A DNA stretch of 64,000 nucleotides from Parcubacteria group bacterium (GTDB taxonomy: Bacteria > Patescibacteriota > Minisyncoccia > Phycocordibacterales > Phycocordibacteraceae). The DNA is taken from the NCBI GenBank assembly GCA_028286605.1, contig JAQBRE010000002.1, forward strand, positions 326,011-390,010, written 5' to 3'. The notes under the pieces were generated by a model, which had not been told where the DNA came from, did no database searches, and worked only from the letters and a program-made list of their open reading frames with translations. Made by a program: the position numbers and the translations under genes. Below, piece after piece: positions 19,866 to 29,128 of this stretch (positions within the stretch are counted from its first letter, which is position 1; every line of letters begins with the position of its first letter).

Positions 19866-20369
19866 ATGTATGAAGGCGTAGACACCGCGCATAAAAGACA
19901 ATATGTCCGATACGGCATCGTCGCCTTCGTGGTGCTCGGCGCACTGGTCGGCTGGGCCTGGTATGCGCACCCGATGTCCGATAGTCATCTTTCCATATTC
20001 CCCACTGCTACCACCACGCCTTCAAGCGCCATATCCTATGAAATCGTTACAAGTACGGCAGATCAAGAAAGGGGACTAGGTGGTCGTGCGAATATTCCCC
20101 CTGATTACGCGATGCTTTTCGTGTTTCCGAAGGACGGAACGTACGGATTCTGGATGAAAGACATGCTCGCAACCATCGACATGATCTGGCTCTCGGACAA
20201 TGGAACGGTCGTGCACCTCGAGCAGAACGTCGCACCTTCAACCTACCCGCATGTCTTTTATCCGAACACGCCGGCACGATACGTCCTAGAGATGCGCGCA
20301 GGGCAGGCAGCCGCACGAGACCTCGGCATCGGTTCTAAAATTTCCCTTCCCTTGCCATACGGAAAATAG
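19866..20369 (+). CDS. DUF192-domain protein
   Basis: ERGLGGR...MLFVF...FWMKDM...IDMIWL...YVLEM, with an N-terminal TM. Confidence 0.88.
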   Translation: MYEGVDTAHKRQYVRYGIVAFVVLGALVGWAWYAHPMSDSHLSIFPTATTTPSSAISYEIVTSTADQERGLGGRANIPPDYAMLFVFPKDGTYGFWMKDMLATIDMIWLSDNGTVVHLEQNVAPSTYPHVFYPNTPARYVLEMRAGQAAARDLGIGSKISLPLPYGK

Positions 20370-20482
20370 ATTTCAAAGTGACCGGTATCCACAGTAAGAA
20401 TTGATGAAGCGAGGGTACAATTTACCTACGTCGACATAGCTCCACGTTCTTCGACGCCTATTATCTTTTAACCGCATCGCGT

Positions 20483-23332
20483 ATGAAACAGATCAAAAAA
20501 AGGGATGGTCGAGTCGTTGAATTCGAGCCGCTAAAGATAGCGGCCGCGATGCGGAAAGCGTTCGAGGCGAACAACACGCCGATCGCGGATGATGATCTGG
20601 ATCTTTTGATACTTGCTATAGAAGTCGATCTGGAATCCTCATTCCTCGAGTCCACTCCTTCTGTTGAATACGTGCAGGATACGGTTGAGAGAACGCTGAT
20701 GAAGGCGGGGCATCTGGATGTCGCGAAGTCGTACATCGTGTATCGCTATCAGCACGAGAAGATACGCGAAGCGAAACAGGAGGAAGTGCTCGAAAAGATC
20801 GAGGAGAATCAGCTCATGGTGAAGACACGTACCGGCCGCATGGTTGCGTATAGCGAAGATGAAGTACGGGCGAATCTTATGCGCCTGAAGGGTTTGAACA
20901 TGGAAGTGCTCGATATCGAGAACATCCTGGCGAACCTCAAGTACGAGCTCTATGAGGGAATGACGACGGACGAAGTGAGTCGTGGCCTTATCATGGTGGC
21001 GCGTTCGATGATCGAGCGCGATCCGGCATATTCTATGCTCGCCGCTCGCCTTCTCCTGAACAACTGGTATGGAGTCGTCTTCGGTGCAGATTTCGAGAAA
21101 GAGAAGCTTATCGATGCGCATGAGCGCGTCTTCGTGCGTAACATGACGCGCTTGGTGAAGGAGGGCGATCTTGATGAGCGCATGGCTGAATACGACCTCG
21201 GCAAGATGGCACGCGCGATGATCGTTCAGAACGATCAGCTCTTCGAGTACATGGGCCTTGAGATCATGTCGAGCCGTTACTGCCTTGAGGATCCTAAGAC
21301 GAAGAAGTCGCTCGAGACGCCGCAGATGCTCTGGATGCGCATCGCTATGGGCCTTGCTATCGCCGAGAAGAAGGAAGATCGCGAGCGCGTCGCTATGGAA
21401 TTCTATGATGTGCTTTCAAATTTCTATTACACGCCAGGCGGTCGCACGCTCTTCCAGGCAGGCGCGAAGAAGGCGCAGCTTTCGAACTGCTTCCTCAACG
21501 TCGTTCCGGATTCGCTCGACGGCATCTTCAAGTCCTTCAGCGACAACGCGCAGTACCTTAAGTGGTCTGGCGGTACCGGAACATCATGGAGCCGCGTCCG
21601 CGCGACCGGTTCGTTCATCAAGGGTACGGGTGTCGGGTCACAGGGACCTATCCCATTCCTCAAGATCGCTAACGATGTGAACATCGCCATCAATCGTTCA
21701 GGCAAGCGTCGTGGCGCAGGCTGTGTGTATCTGGAGAGCTGGCACCTCGATATCGAGGACTTCCTTGAGCTTCGTAAGAACACGGGTGATGAGCGTCGTC
21801 GTACGCATGATGTTAATACCGCGAACTGGATTCCAGACCTATTCATGAAGCGCGTCCGCGCGAATGGCGACTGGACACTGTTCTCTCCGGAAGAAGTTCC
21901 TGAGCTGACTGAAATCTACGGTGCAGCGTTCGAGAAGAATTATCAGGAATATGAGGCGAAGGCAGACCGCGGCGAGATCGCGCTCTTCAAGCGCATTCCT
22001 GCAGCAGACCTCTGGAGGAAGATGATCGGTATGCTCTTCGAGACCGGCCACCCATGGATTACCTGGAAGGATCCTTCGAACGTTCGCAGTCCGCAGGATC
22101 ACGCGGGTGTCATCCACAACTCGAACCTCTGCACGGAAATCACGCTCAACACTTCGGATGATGAGACGGCAGTGTGTACGCTCGGCTCGCTCAACTTCGC
22201 GCTGTTCGTTACTCCTGACGCGAATGGCGTACTTCGCTTCGACAGCGAGATGGTGAAGCGCGTAACGAAGACGGCAGTCCGCATGCTCGATAACGTTATC
22301 GACCTCAACTATTATCCGACCATCGATTCGTACAACGGGAACTCGCGCCATCGCCCGATCGGCCTCGGCGTACGCGGCTATCATGATGCGCTCTACAAGC
22401 TCGGTATCCGTTTCGACAGTAACGAGGCACTCGACTTCGCAGACGAAAGCATGGAAGTGATGGCGTATCACACGATCATGGCATCGAGCGAGCTCGCGAA
22501 AGAACGCGGCACGTATTCCACGTACAAGGGTTCGAAGTGGGATCGCGACATCTTCCCGCAGGACACGCTTAAGCTTCTTGAAAAAGAACGCGGCGAAACC
22601 ATCGCGATGCCGGAAGGCGGCAAGCTTGACTGGTCACCAGTACGCACGCACGTGAAAGAGTTCGGCGTTCGTAACTCGAACATGATGGCTATCGCACCAA
22701 CTGCATCGACGGCGAATCTCGTCGGTTGTATCCCGTGCGTAGAACCTATCTACAAGAACATCTACGTGAAGAGTAATAAGGAAGGCGAGTTCGTCGTGGT
22801 GAACAAATACCTCGTCGAAGACCTCAAGAACCTGAATCTCTGGAACACCGACATGCTCAACAAGATAAAGGTTGCAGACGGCAGCGTGCAGCAGATTCCC
22901 GAGATCCCGCTCGCGCTTAAGGCGAAGTACAAGGAAGTGTTCGAGATCGATGCGCGCTGGCTCATCGAGGCGGCTGCACGTCGCGGCCGTTGGATGGACC
23001 AGTCCCAGTCCCTCAACATCTTCTATTCAGGCACTTCAGGAAAAGAGCTTTCCGACATCTACTTCCTCGCGTGGGAGCGCGGCCTCAAGACCACCTATTA
23101 CCTCCGTACCCTCGGCGCGTCGCAGGTAGAGAAGGCAAGCGTTTCAACAGCCGAATACGGATCAACGCATACCCGCGGAACCGTTACGGCCGAAGCGATG
23201 TCTATTCCTACGCCGTCACCCATCGCTGCTTCAGTGGCGTCCCCGGTACAGCAAACCAAGTTCGATGCAGCCTTCCTTGCGAAAGTCGCTTCAGGCGAAG
23301 AGGTGGGTATCTGCGAATCGTGCGAGTCCTAG
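20483..23332 (+). CDS. nrdA: Class I ribonucleotide reductase alpha subunit with two ATP-cone-like domains
   Basis: IKKRDGR ATP cone plus a second VKTRTGR-like cone, SNLCTEI, AIAPTAS, LKTTYYLR and a C-terminal CESCES. Confidence 0.97.
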   Translation: MKQIKKRDGRVVEFEPLKIAAAMRKAFEANNTPIADDDLDLLILAIEVDLESSFLESTPSVEYVQDTVERTLMKAGHLDVAKSYIVYRYQHEKIREAKQEEVLEKIEENQLMVKTRTGRMVAYSEDEVRANLMRLKGLNMEVLDIENILANLKYELYEGMTTDEVSRGLIMVARSMIERDPAYSMLAARLLLNNWYGVVFGADFEKEKLIDAHERVFVRNMTRLVKEGDLDERMAEYDLGKMARAMIVQNDQLFEYMGLEIMSSRYCLEDPKTKKSLETPQMLWMRIAMGLAIAEKKEDRERVAMEFYDVLSNFYYTPGGRTLFQAGAKKAQLSNCFLNVVPDSLDGIFKSFSDNAQYLKWSGGTGTSWSRVRATGSFIKGTGVGSQGPIPFLKIANDVNIAINRSGKRRGAGCVYLESWHLDIEDFLELRKNTGDERRRTHDVNTANWIPDLFMKRVRANGDWTLFSPEEVPELTEIYGAAFEKNYQEYEAKADRGEIALFKRIPAADLWRKMIGMLFETGHPWITWKDPSNVRSPQDHAGVIHNSNLCTEITLNTSDDETAVCTLGSLNFALFVTPDANGVLRFDSEMVKRVTKTAVRMLDNVIDLNYYPTIDSYNGNSRHRPIGLGVRGYHDALYKLGIRFDSNEALDFADESMEVMAYHTIMASSELAKERGTYSTYKGSKWDRDIFPQDTLKLLEKERGETIAMPEGGKLDWSPVRTHVKEFGVRNSNMMAIAPTASTANLVGCIPCVEPIYKNIYVKSNKEGEFVVVNKYLVEDLKNLNLWNTDMLNKIKVADGSVQQIPEIPLALKAKYKEVFEIDARWLIEAAARRGRWMDQSQSLNIFYSGTSGKELSDIYFLAWERGLKTTYYLRTLGASQVEKASVSTAEYGSTHTRGTVTAEAMSIPTPSPIAASVASPVQQTKFDAAFLAKVASGEEVGICESCES

Positions 23333-23346
23333 TATACTGATAGCCT

Positions 23347-24381
23347 ATGCCAATCAATAAAGGCGCGAAGCCAGTCGACGTTAATAATCGCAAAGTAATC
23401 AACGGCGGTGATGCCGATGTGATGCAGCTCTATCCGATGCGCCACACGTTCGCGTGGGAAGCGTACAACGTAGGGAATGCGAATCACTGGTTGCCAACAG
23501 AGATCTCGATGCAGCGCGATATCGAGCAGTGGAAGAGCCCGACGGCTCTCACGGCAGACGAACGCCAGGCGTTCGAGACTGTCCTCGGTTTCTTCACCAC
23601 AGCCGATTCCATCGCTGCGAACAATGTCGTACTCGCGCTCTATAAGCACATCACGAGCCCTGAGTGCCGCATGTATCTCCTTCGTCAAGGGTATGAAGAG
23701 GCGGTTCACACGCACGCCTATCAGTACATCGTGGAATCTCTCGGCATGGACGAGAGCAAGATCTTCAACATGTATCGCGATGTGGATGCTATCTATCAGA
23801 AGGACAATCTCATACTTTCGCTGAACGAAGGCATCTTCGATCCTGAATTCAAGACCGGCACCTTCGAGAATGATCAGAAGTTCCTCGAGAATCTCTGCGT
23901 CTTCTCACTCATCCTTGAAGGAATCTTCTTCTACTCTTCCTTCGCGGTCATGTTCGGTTTCCAGCGCCAGAACAAGCTCACCGGTTCCGCAGAGCAGATC
24001 CAGTACATCATGCGCGACGAATCGCAGCACCTGAACTTCGGCATCAACCTTATCAATGCGATCAAGGAAGAGCAGCCGGAGCTTTGGACGCCTGAATTCC
24101 AGCAGCGCATCATCGATCTCGTGAAGCGCGCCGTTAAGCTCGAATACACGTTCGCAACAGAGGTGTTCCCGCGCGGCATCTTCGGCATGAATGCAGACGG
24201 CTTCAAGCAGTACATCGAGCACATCGCGGATCGCCGCCTCGAGCGCGTCGCTCTGCCTCTTCAGTACAATGTTGAAAATCCGTTCCCGTGGATGAGCGAA
24301 GCAGTGGACCTCAACAAGGAAAAGAACTTCTTCGAGACTCGCGTTACCGAATACAAGACCGGCGGCACGTTGAATTGGTAA
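23347..24381 (+). CDS. nrdB: Class I ribonucleotide reductase beta subunit
   Basis: EAVHTHAY (radical Tyr retained), EGIFFY, RDESQH and NFFETRV. Confidence 0.97.
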   Translation: MPINKGAKPVDVNNRKVINGGDADVMQLYPMRHTFAWEAYNVGNANHWLPTEISMQRDIEQWKSPTALTADERQAFETVLGFFTTADSIAANNVVLALYKHITSPECRMYLLRQGYEEAVHTHAYQYIVESLGMDESKIFNMYRDVDAIYQKDNLILSLNEGIFDPEFKTGTFENDQKFLENLCVFSLILEGIFFYSSFAVMFGFQRQNKLTGSAEQIQYIMRDESQHLNFGINLINAIKEEQPELWTPEFQQRIIDLVKRAVKLEYTFATEVFPRGIFGMNADGFKQYIEHIADRRLERVALPLQYNVENPFPWMSEAVDLNKEKNFFETRVTEYKTGGTLNW

Positions 24382-24400
24382 TTAACAATCTTATAGTTTG

Positions 24401-24431
24401 TAAGAAAAGCGTCCGGTGGACGCTTTTCTTA
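24401..24431. terminator. Hairpin after nrdB
   Basis: TAAGAAAAGCGTCC-GGT-GGACGCTTTTCTTA. Confidence 0.75.
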
Positions 24432-24448
24432 CGTTATAATTTAATATA

Positions 24449-25111
24449 ATGTTCTCGAACTTCGAGCTACCGCAAAAAGTAATAGATATAACTGCAAGCA
24501 TCATAATCTTCGTAGCAATGCACGTGCCACTTTTGAGTCATGCTTTGCTTGCGGGACCAACTATTAATGAGCCTCAATATACTCAAATTGCTCATACACA
24601 GCCTGTAATTATTCCAACGCAATCAATTCAACCTGTTCAGCAAAAATCTCCCTCAGGTATGTCCAGCTCAACACCACAACAGGTTGGAGAGTTTACTGTA
24701 GTTGTAAACTGCAAAGACTTTAATCCTGTAAGTGCTATTATCTTAAAAAATGAATCGATAGTACAAACGATTTCTATTCTAGGTGCAGGAATAACGGGAA
24801 TTCATATGTGTGTACCAGCAGAAGTAAAGGATATTAATTTTGATAGCTATCCTGACTTTATGGTTCCATCTGATAATGGTAGTGGAGGTGCCACTTATGA
24901 TTATTGGCTATTTAGCTCAACAACACAGCAATTTTCGTGTCCAGAGGGAAATTATAGATGTGGTTTGATGAATCCAGAATTTGATTCAACGGCTAAAACT
25001 GTTATTAGTGTAGAACCGACTGGGGCAGGTCATGTCACTACAGACACTTATCGAATTCTTAATGGAAGGTTAGTTCTCTTGAAAGAGGTAAAGGAGAATG
25101 ATTACGAATAA
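24449..25111 (+). CDS. AT-rich exported hypothetical protein with a DxNxDxxPD motif
   Basis: 220 aa with an N-terminal hydrophobic segment and a DINFDSYPDF Ca-loop-like motif; visibly lower GC than neighbours. Confidence 0.7.
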   Translation: MFSNFELPQKVIDITASIIIFVAMHVPLLSHALLAGPTINEPQYTQIAHTQPVIIPTQSIQPVQQKSPSGMSSSTPQQVGEFTVVVNCKDFNPVSAIILKNESIVQTISILGAGITGIHMCVPAEVKDINFDSYPDFMVPSDNGSGGATYDYWLFSSTTQQFSCPEGNYRCGLMNPEFDSTAKTVISVEPTGAGHVTTDTYRILNGRLVLLKEVKENDYE

Positions 25112-25198
25112 TTTCGAAGCACGCCCGATTTATTTGTAAGCGAAACGCTCGCGGTGCGTCATACGTACTATAAAGGTATGGGTATATCACTTGGTTTC

Positions 25199-26131
25199 AT
25201 GAACATGAAGAAAATAATCTATGGATTCGTGGCTGTAGGAATGCTGCTGATCTCAGCGCCTGCATATGCGCAAACGGCTCCGAATACAGGCACAGGCAGT
25301 AGCGGCACATCAAGCAACTGGTCAGGCTATGCGGCTGCAGGAGGAAATTACACGGGCGTTAACGGAAGCTGGACGATACCGGCGGCATCTCCGATTTCGG
25401 GAACGAAGCTTTCAGCGGACGCCGCATGGGTGGGTATCGGCGGCCTCACCACGAAGGACCTGATCCAGGCAGGCACGGAATCAGAGGTACAGAACGGTTC
25501 GGTTATTTATCAGGCGTGGTATGAGGCACTTCCTGCTGGGCAAGTGCAGGTTCCGGTGACTGTTCATGCGGGCGATAAAGTGACCGTTTCTTTGAACGAA
25601 ACCTCAACGAATGTCTGGCATCTTATATTTACGAATACGACGACGGGAAATGCATACCAGACGGATATCAATTACAGTTCCTCGCAGTCTTCCGCAGACT
25701 GGATAGAGGAAATGCCGGTCGGGCAGTTCGGTACTACGTCTTCGTATGTCCCGCTCGATATGTTCGGTACGATCCAGTTCAGTAATGCGTACGACACGAC
25801 GAACGGAAACGTGCAGACACTTACGAGTGGAGGAGCGCTCCCGCTTACGATGATGAATACGAATCGTCAGGCGCTCGCTACACCTTCAAGTATCGGTACG
25901 GACGCAGAAAGCTTCAGCGTGGCGCGTACGAATGCGACGGTTTCATCGACAGAAGTATCGCAAGTAGTGCAGAGCAGTCGTGGTTTCCGTCGCGGTGGCG
26001 AGGGCGTGACAAGCTATACGCCTGGAACACGCTATGTACAGCACACGCAGCAGGTCATCATGCGACAAACGCAGCAGATCATAACCCGTTCGGGCAATAC
26101 GATAAGCGTTCAGTTTTATTTGAGTCGCTAG
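25199..26131 (+). CDS. Secreted G1 family glutamic endopeptidase (eqolisin / peptidase A4)
   Basis: SSNWSGY, AWVGIGG, LIQAGT (catalytic Q), AWYE and SADWIEE (catalytic E), plus a signal peptide. Confidence 0.88.
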   Translation: MNMKKIIYGFVAVGMLLISAPAYAQTAPNTGTGSSGTSSNWSGYAAAGGNYTGVNGSWTIPAASPISGTKLSADAAWVGIGGLTTKDLIQAGTESEVQNGSVIYQAWYEALPAGQVQVPVTVHAGDKVTVSLNETSTNVWHLIFTNTTTGNAYQTDINYSSSQSSADWIEEMPVGQFGTTSSYVPLDMFGTIQFSNAYDTTNGNVQTLTSGGALPLTMMNTNRQALATPSSIGTDAESFSVARTNATVSSTEVSQVVQSSRGFRRGGEGVTSYTPGTRYVQHTQQVIMRQTQQIITRSGNTISVQFYLSR

Positions 26132-26159
26132 ATCTCATTAGTTGTGGTATAATCCACAC

Positions 26160-26513
26160 GGACCGATCCAGACGACCGCTCCAAGATGCCGGAAGGCCTC
26201 AGGGGAGGAAAGTCCGAACACAGGCCGGCGGTTTCCGCCGGCAGAAGGGTAGCGGGTAACGCCCGTCCGCAGTAATGCGCGAGGTGCGAGCAGAGACGCT
26301 TTAGCGGAAACGCGAGAGCATCTGATTTCGGTCAGATGAATCCACTTGGTGACTTGTGGGGTGAAACGGCTAAATCCTTACTTCTGTGCAAGGCCGTGCC
26401 GGTAGTCTTTCGGGACATGCCGGAGCGCCGCTCGAGCCGGCTGGTAACAGCCGGCCCAGATAGATGGTCGTCCTTGCGCAAGCAGGACAGAATTCGGCTT
26501 ATCGGATCGGTTC
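26160..26513 (+). ncRNA. rnpB: RNase P RNA
   Basis: GAGGAAAGTCC and ACAGAATTCGGCTTA conserved regions, terminal stem GGACCGATCC/GGATCGGTTC and TGGTATAAT promoter upstream. Confidence 0.95.
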
Positions 26514-26668
26514 AAAAACATGAAGAAACCTACCCTCTGGGTGGGTTTCTTCGCTTTTATATGCTCTGGTTTTCTATCCACATAGTTAGTATTGAGGTCT
26601 CGTACAGAACGTATACTTAAGAGGTTCTCTTACTAAGGGTTAATCCCGTAATTACGGTGTACAACAAT

Positions 26669-29116
26669 ATGCAAACAGAAACTGCTAAAACCGCGGTATC
26701 TGTCGCGCCTCACCCTAAGCGCTTTTCGTTCGACACGCTAGCCATATGGGCCCTCACGCTCACGATAGCTGTCGCAGCGATAGCGTTTATTCCGGTCGCG
26801 ACGATTCCGTTCCTTTATACGAAAGTGTCGATCATCGCCATCGGCGGTCTGATCGCACTCGTCCTCTTCGTGCTGGCACGCCTCACGCGTGGCAACATCA
26901 TCGTGCCTCCGATCGCACTGATCGGTGCGCTTTGGCTGGTGCCGCTTGCCTATGCGCTTTCGATGCTCTTCTCGGGTGTCGGAATCATGGCAGGCGCCTT
27001 CGGTATCGAGCTTGAACCGGATACGTTCGGCTTCATCCTCATACTGGCATCGTTCGCCACGCTTATCGCGTTGGTGTTCCGCCGCACGAATCATTACCGC
27101 ACCTTCTTTAAAGTCGGTGGGGTATTGCTCGCAATCACGCTTCTTTCGGAAGTTATCTTCGTTATCGTAGGTAAGCTTTCGCCAAGCACCGTCTCGCCGA
27201 CCGCGAACCTGATCGGATCCTTCACGGACCTCGGCATGGTGGTCGGTCTCGGCTTGATTTGCGCGCTCCTCGCTATTCGCTTCCTTGCGCTTACCTCGCG
27301 TGTTCGTATCGCGACGTGGGTGTTCGGAGCACTCGCGCTGTTCGTTCTTGCGTTGGTGAATGCGAAGCTTATCTGGATCCTCGTAACGCTCGTTGCGCTC
27401 GGCCTCTTCATCGAATCGATCATGAAGCGCCGTGGCCAGCCAGAAGATGAAGATCTTGATGGCGTGGCGACGCTTGAAGTGCCTACGGGTCGCGAAGCGA
27501 CCATGGGCGAATCACGCGCTCTTGCGCCTGCGCTCATAACTATCATCGTCGCCCTGTTCTTCATCATCGGCGGTAATACGATAGGCGCGGCGCTCTCGAA
27601 CGCGCTCGGTACTAACTTCATCGACGTGCATCCGTCTTGGCAGTCCACGCTCGCCGTTGGCAGCCACACGTACGCTTCTTCACCGCTCTTCGGATCGGGT
27701 CCTGGCACGTTCGGCGAACAGTGGCTCAAGTACCGTGATCCTTCGTTGAACGACACGATCTTCTGGAACGTAGACTTCAACTCAGGCATCGGCATGATCC
27801 CGACGTCATTCGTAACGACCGGTATTCTCGGCGTTCTTGCCTGGCTCGTCTTCATCGGCCTGTTCCTGTTCATCGGTATCCGCGCACTGCTATTCCGCAC
27901 GCCGGAAGACCCGTATGCTCGTTTCGTTTCTATCGCTTCGTTCGTCGGCAGCATCTATCTCTTCGTCGCGATGATCTTCTCGACGCCGGGGCCATTGGTA
28001 TTGCTCGTAGGTTTCTTCATGGTCGGCCTCTTCGTCTCGTCGCTTCGCTATAGCGGAACGCGTCGTGAATGGGGAATCGTCTTCGCGAAGAATCCGCGCG
28101 TCGGCTTCGTCATCGTGTTCGGTCTCACTATCCTGCTTCTGGCATCGGTGGTTGCGGCATACACGATCACTGAACGCTATCTCGCAGATGTTGCGTATGC
28201 AGACGGTTCTGCAGCGCTCGCGAAGGGTGACCTTACCGGAGCAGCGACCGATGTGAATCGCGCGCTTCTCTTCGCAAAGAACGATCGTACCTATCAGCTC
28301 GCTGCCGCTATCGGCATCGCGCAGATGAATAAGATCGCTGCAGACACGACGCTCGCACCGAGCGACGCCCAGCAGCAGTTCCAGGCAGCGCTTTCTTCCA
28401 GCATCCAGGCTGCGACGACGGCAGTGAACCTGGACGGAAAGAACTACCAGAACTGGGAAGCGCTCGCGTCTGTGTACCAGACCGTGGTGCCGCTCAATCT
28501 GAGCGGGGCATACGATAAGGCGAAGGACGCATACACGCATGCGATCGCGCTTAATCCTTCCAGCCCGGTTCTCCCGTACTCGCTCGCGCAGCTCGAAATC
28601 GCGCAGAAGAGTTACACAGCAGCGGAGACTGATCTCACGAATGCGATCAATCTGAAGCATGACTACACCGCCGCTATATTCCTCTTCTCGCAGCTCGAAG
28701 TGCAGCAAGGCAAGACGAAGGAAGCATTGCAGGCTGCAGAAGCTGCAGCAGTCTTCGCTCCGACTGATCCGAACGTACAGTTCCAGCTCGGCATACTTCG
28801 CTCGGGCAATGGAGACACGGACGGTTCTATCGTAGCGCTTATGGCAGCAGTGAAGGCGAATCCGCAGTATGCGAACGCGCTCTTCTTCCTCGCCGTTGAT
28901 TACGCGACTAAGAACGACTTTGCTGATGCGATTACGCAGCTCAATGCGATCGCAGCACTCTCACCAGCGAATGCGACCGCCGTAGCTCCAGACCTCGCGC
29001 AGCTCAAGGCTGGTAAGAATCCGTTCCCGCCTTCACGCCTCGGCGCGCTCGGCATCCCTCAGACTCCGATTCCAGACGCTACCAAGGCTCCTGCAACCGC
29101 AGCGAACCCAGGGTAG
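26669..29116 (+). CDS. Polytopic membrane protein (O-antigen ligase-like) with C-terminal TPR repeats
   Basis: Many TM helices, a PLFGSGPGTF loop and TPR-like A...Y..AI.LNP repeats. Confidence 0.8.
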   Translation: MQTETAKTAVSVAPHPKRFSFDTLAIWALTLTIAVAAIAFIPVATIPFLYTKVSIIAIGGLIALVLFVLARLTRGNIIVPPIALIGALWLVPLAYALSMLFSGVGIMAGAFGIELEPDTFGFILILASFATLIALVFRRTNHYRTFFKVGGVLLAITLLSEVIFVIVGKLSPSTVSPTANLIGSFTDLGMVVGLGLICALLAIRFLALTSRVRIATWVFGALALFVLALVNAKLIWILVTLVALGLFIESIMKRRGQPEDEDLDGVATLEVPTGREATMGESRALAPALITIIVALFFIIGGNTIGAALSNALGTNFIDVHPSWQSTLAVGSHTYASSPLFGSGPGTFGEQWLKYRDPSLNDTIFWNVDFNSGIGMIPTSFVTTGILGVLAWLVFIGLFLFIGIRALLFRTPEDPYARFVSIASFVGSIYLFVAMIFSTPGPLVLLVGFFMVGLFVSSLRYSGTRREWGIVFAKNPRVGFVIVFGLTILLLASVVAAYTITERYLADVAYADGSAALAKGDLTGAATDVNRALLFAKNDRTYQLAAAIGIAQMNKIAADTTLAPSDAQQQFQAALSSSIQAATTAVNLDGKNYQNWEALASVYQTVVPLNLSGAYDKAKDAYTHAIALNPSSPVLPYSLAQLEIAQKSYTAAETDLTNAINLKHDYTAAIFLFSQLEVQQGKTKEALQAAEAAAVFAPTDPNVQFQLGILRSGNGDTDGSIVALMAAVKANPQYANALFFLAVDYATKNDFADAITQLNAIAALSPANATAVAPDLAQLKAGKNPFPPSRLGALGIPQTPIPDATKAPATAANPG

Positions 29117-29128
29117 TACTATAGAGGA

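Noticed and set aside
23347-24381. Class Ic (Mn/Fe, Tyr-less) ribonucleotide reductase
   Set aside because: The radical Tyr (EAVHTHAY) and the first Asp ligand (TADS) are retained.
26336-26620. ORFs overlapping 26160-26513
   Set aside because: The region is explained by RNase P RNA and its terminator.
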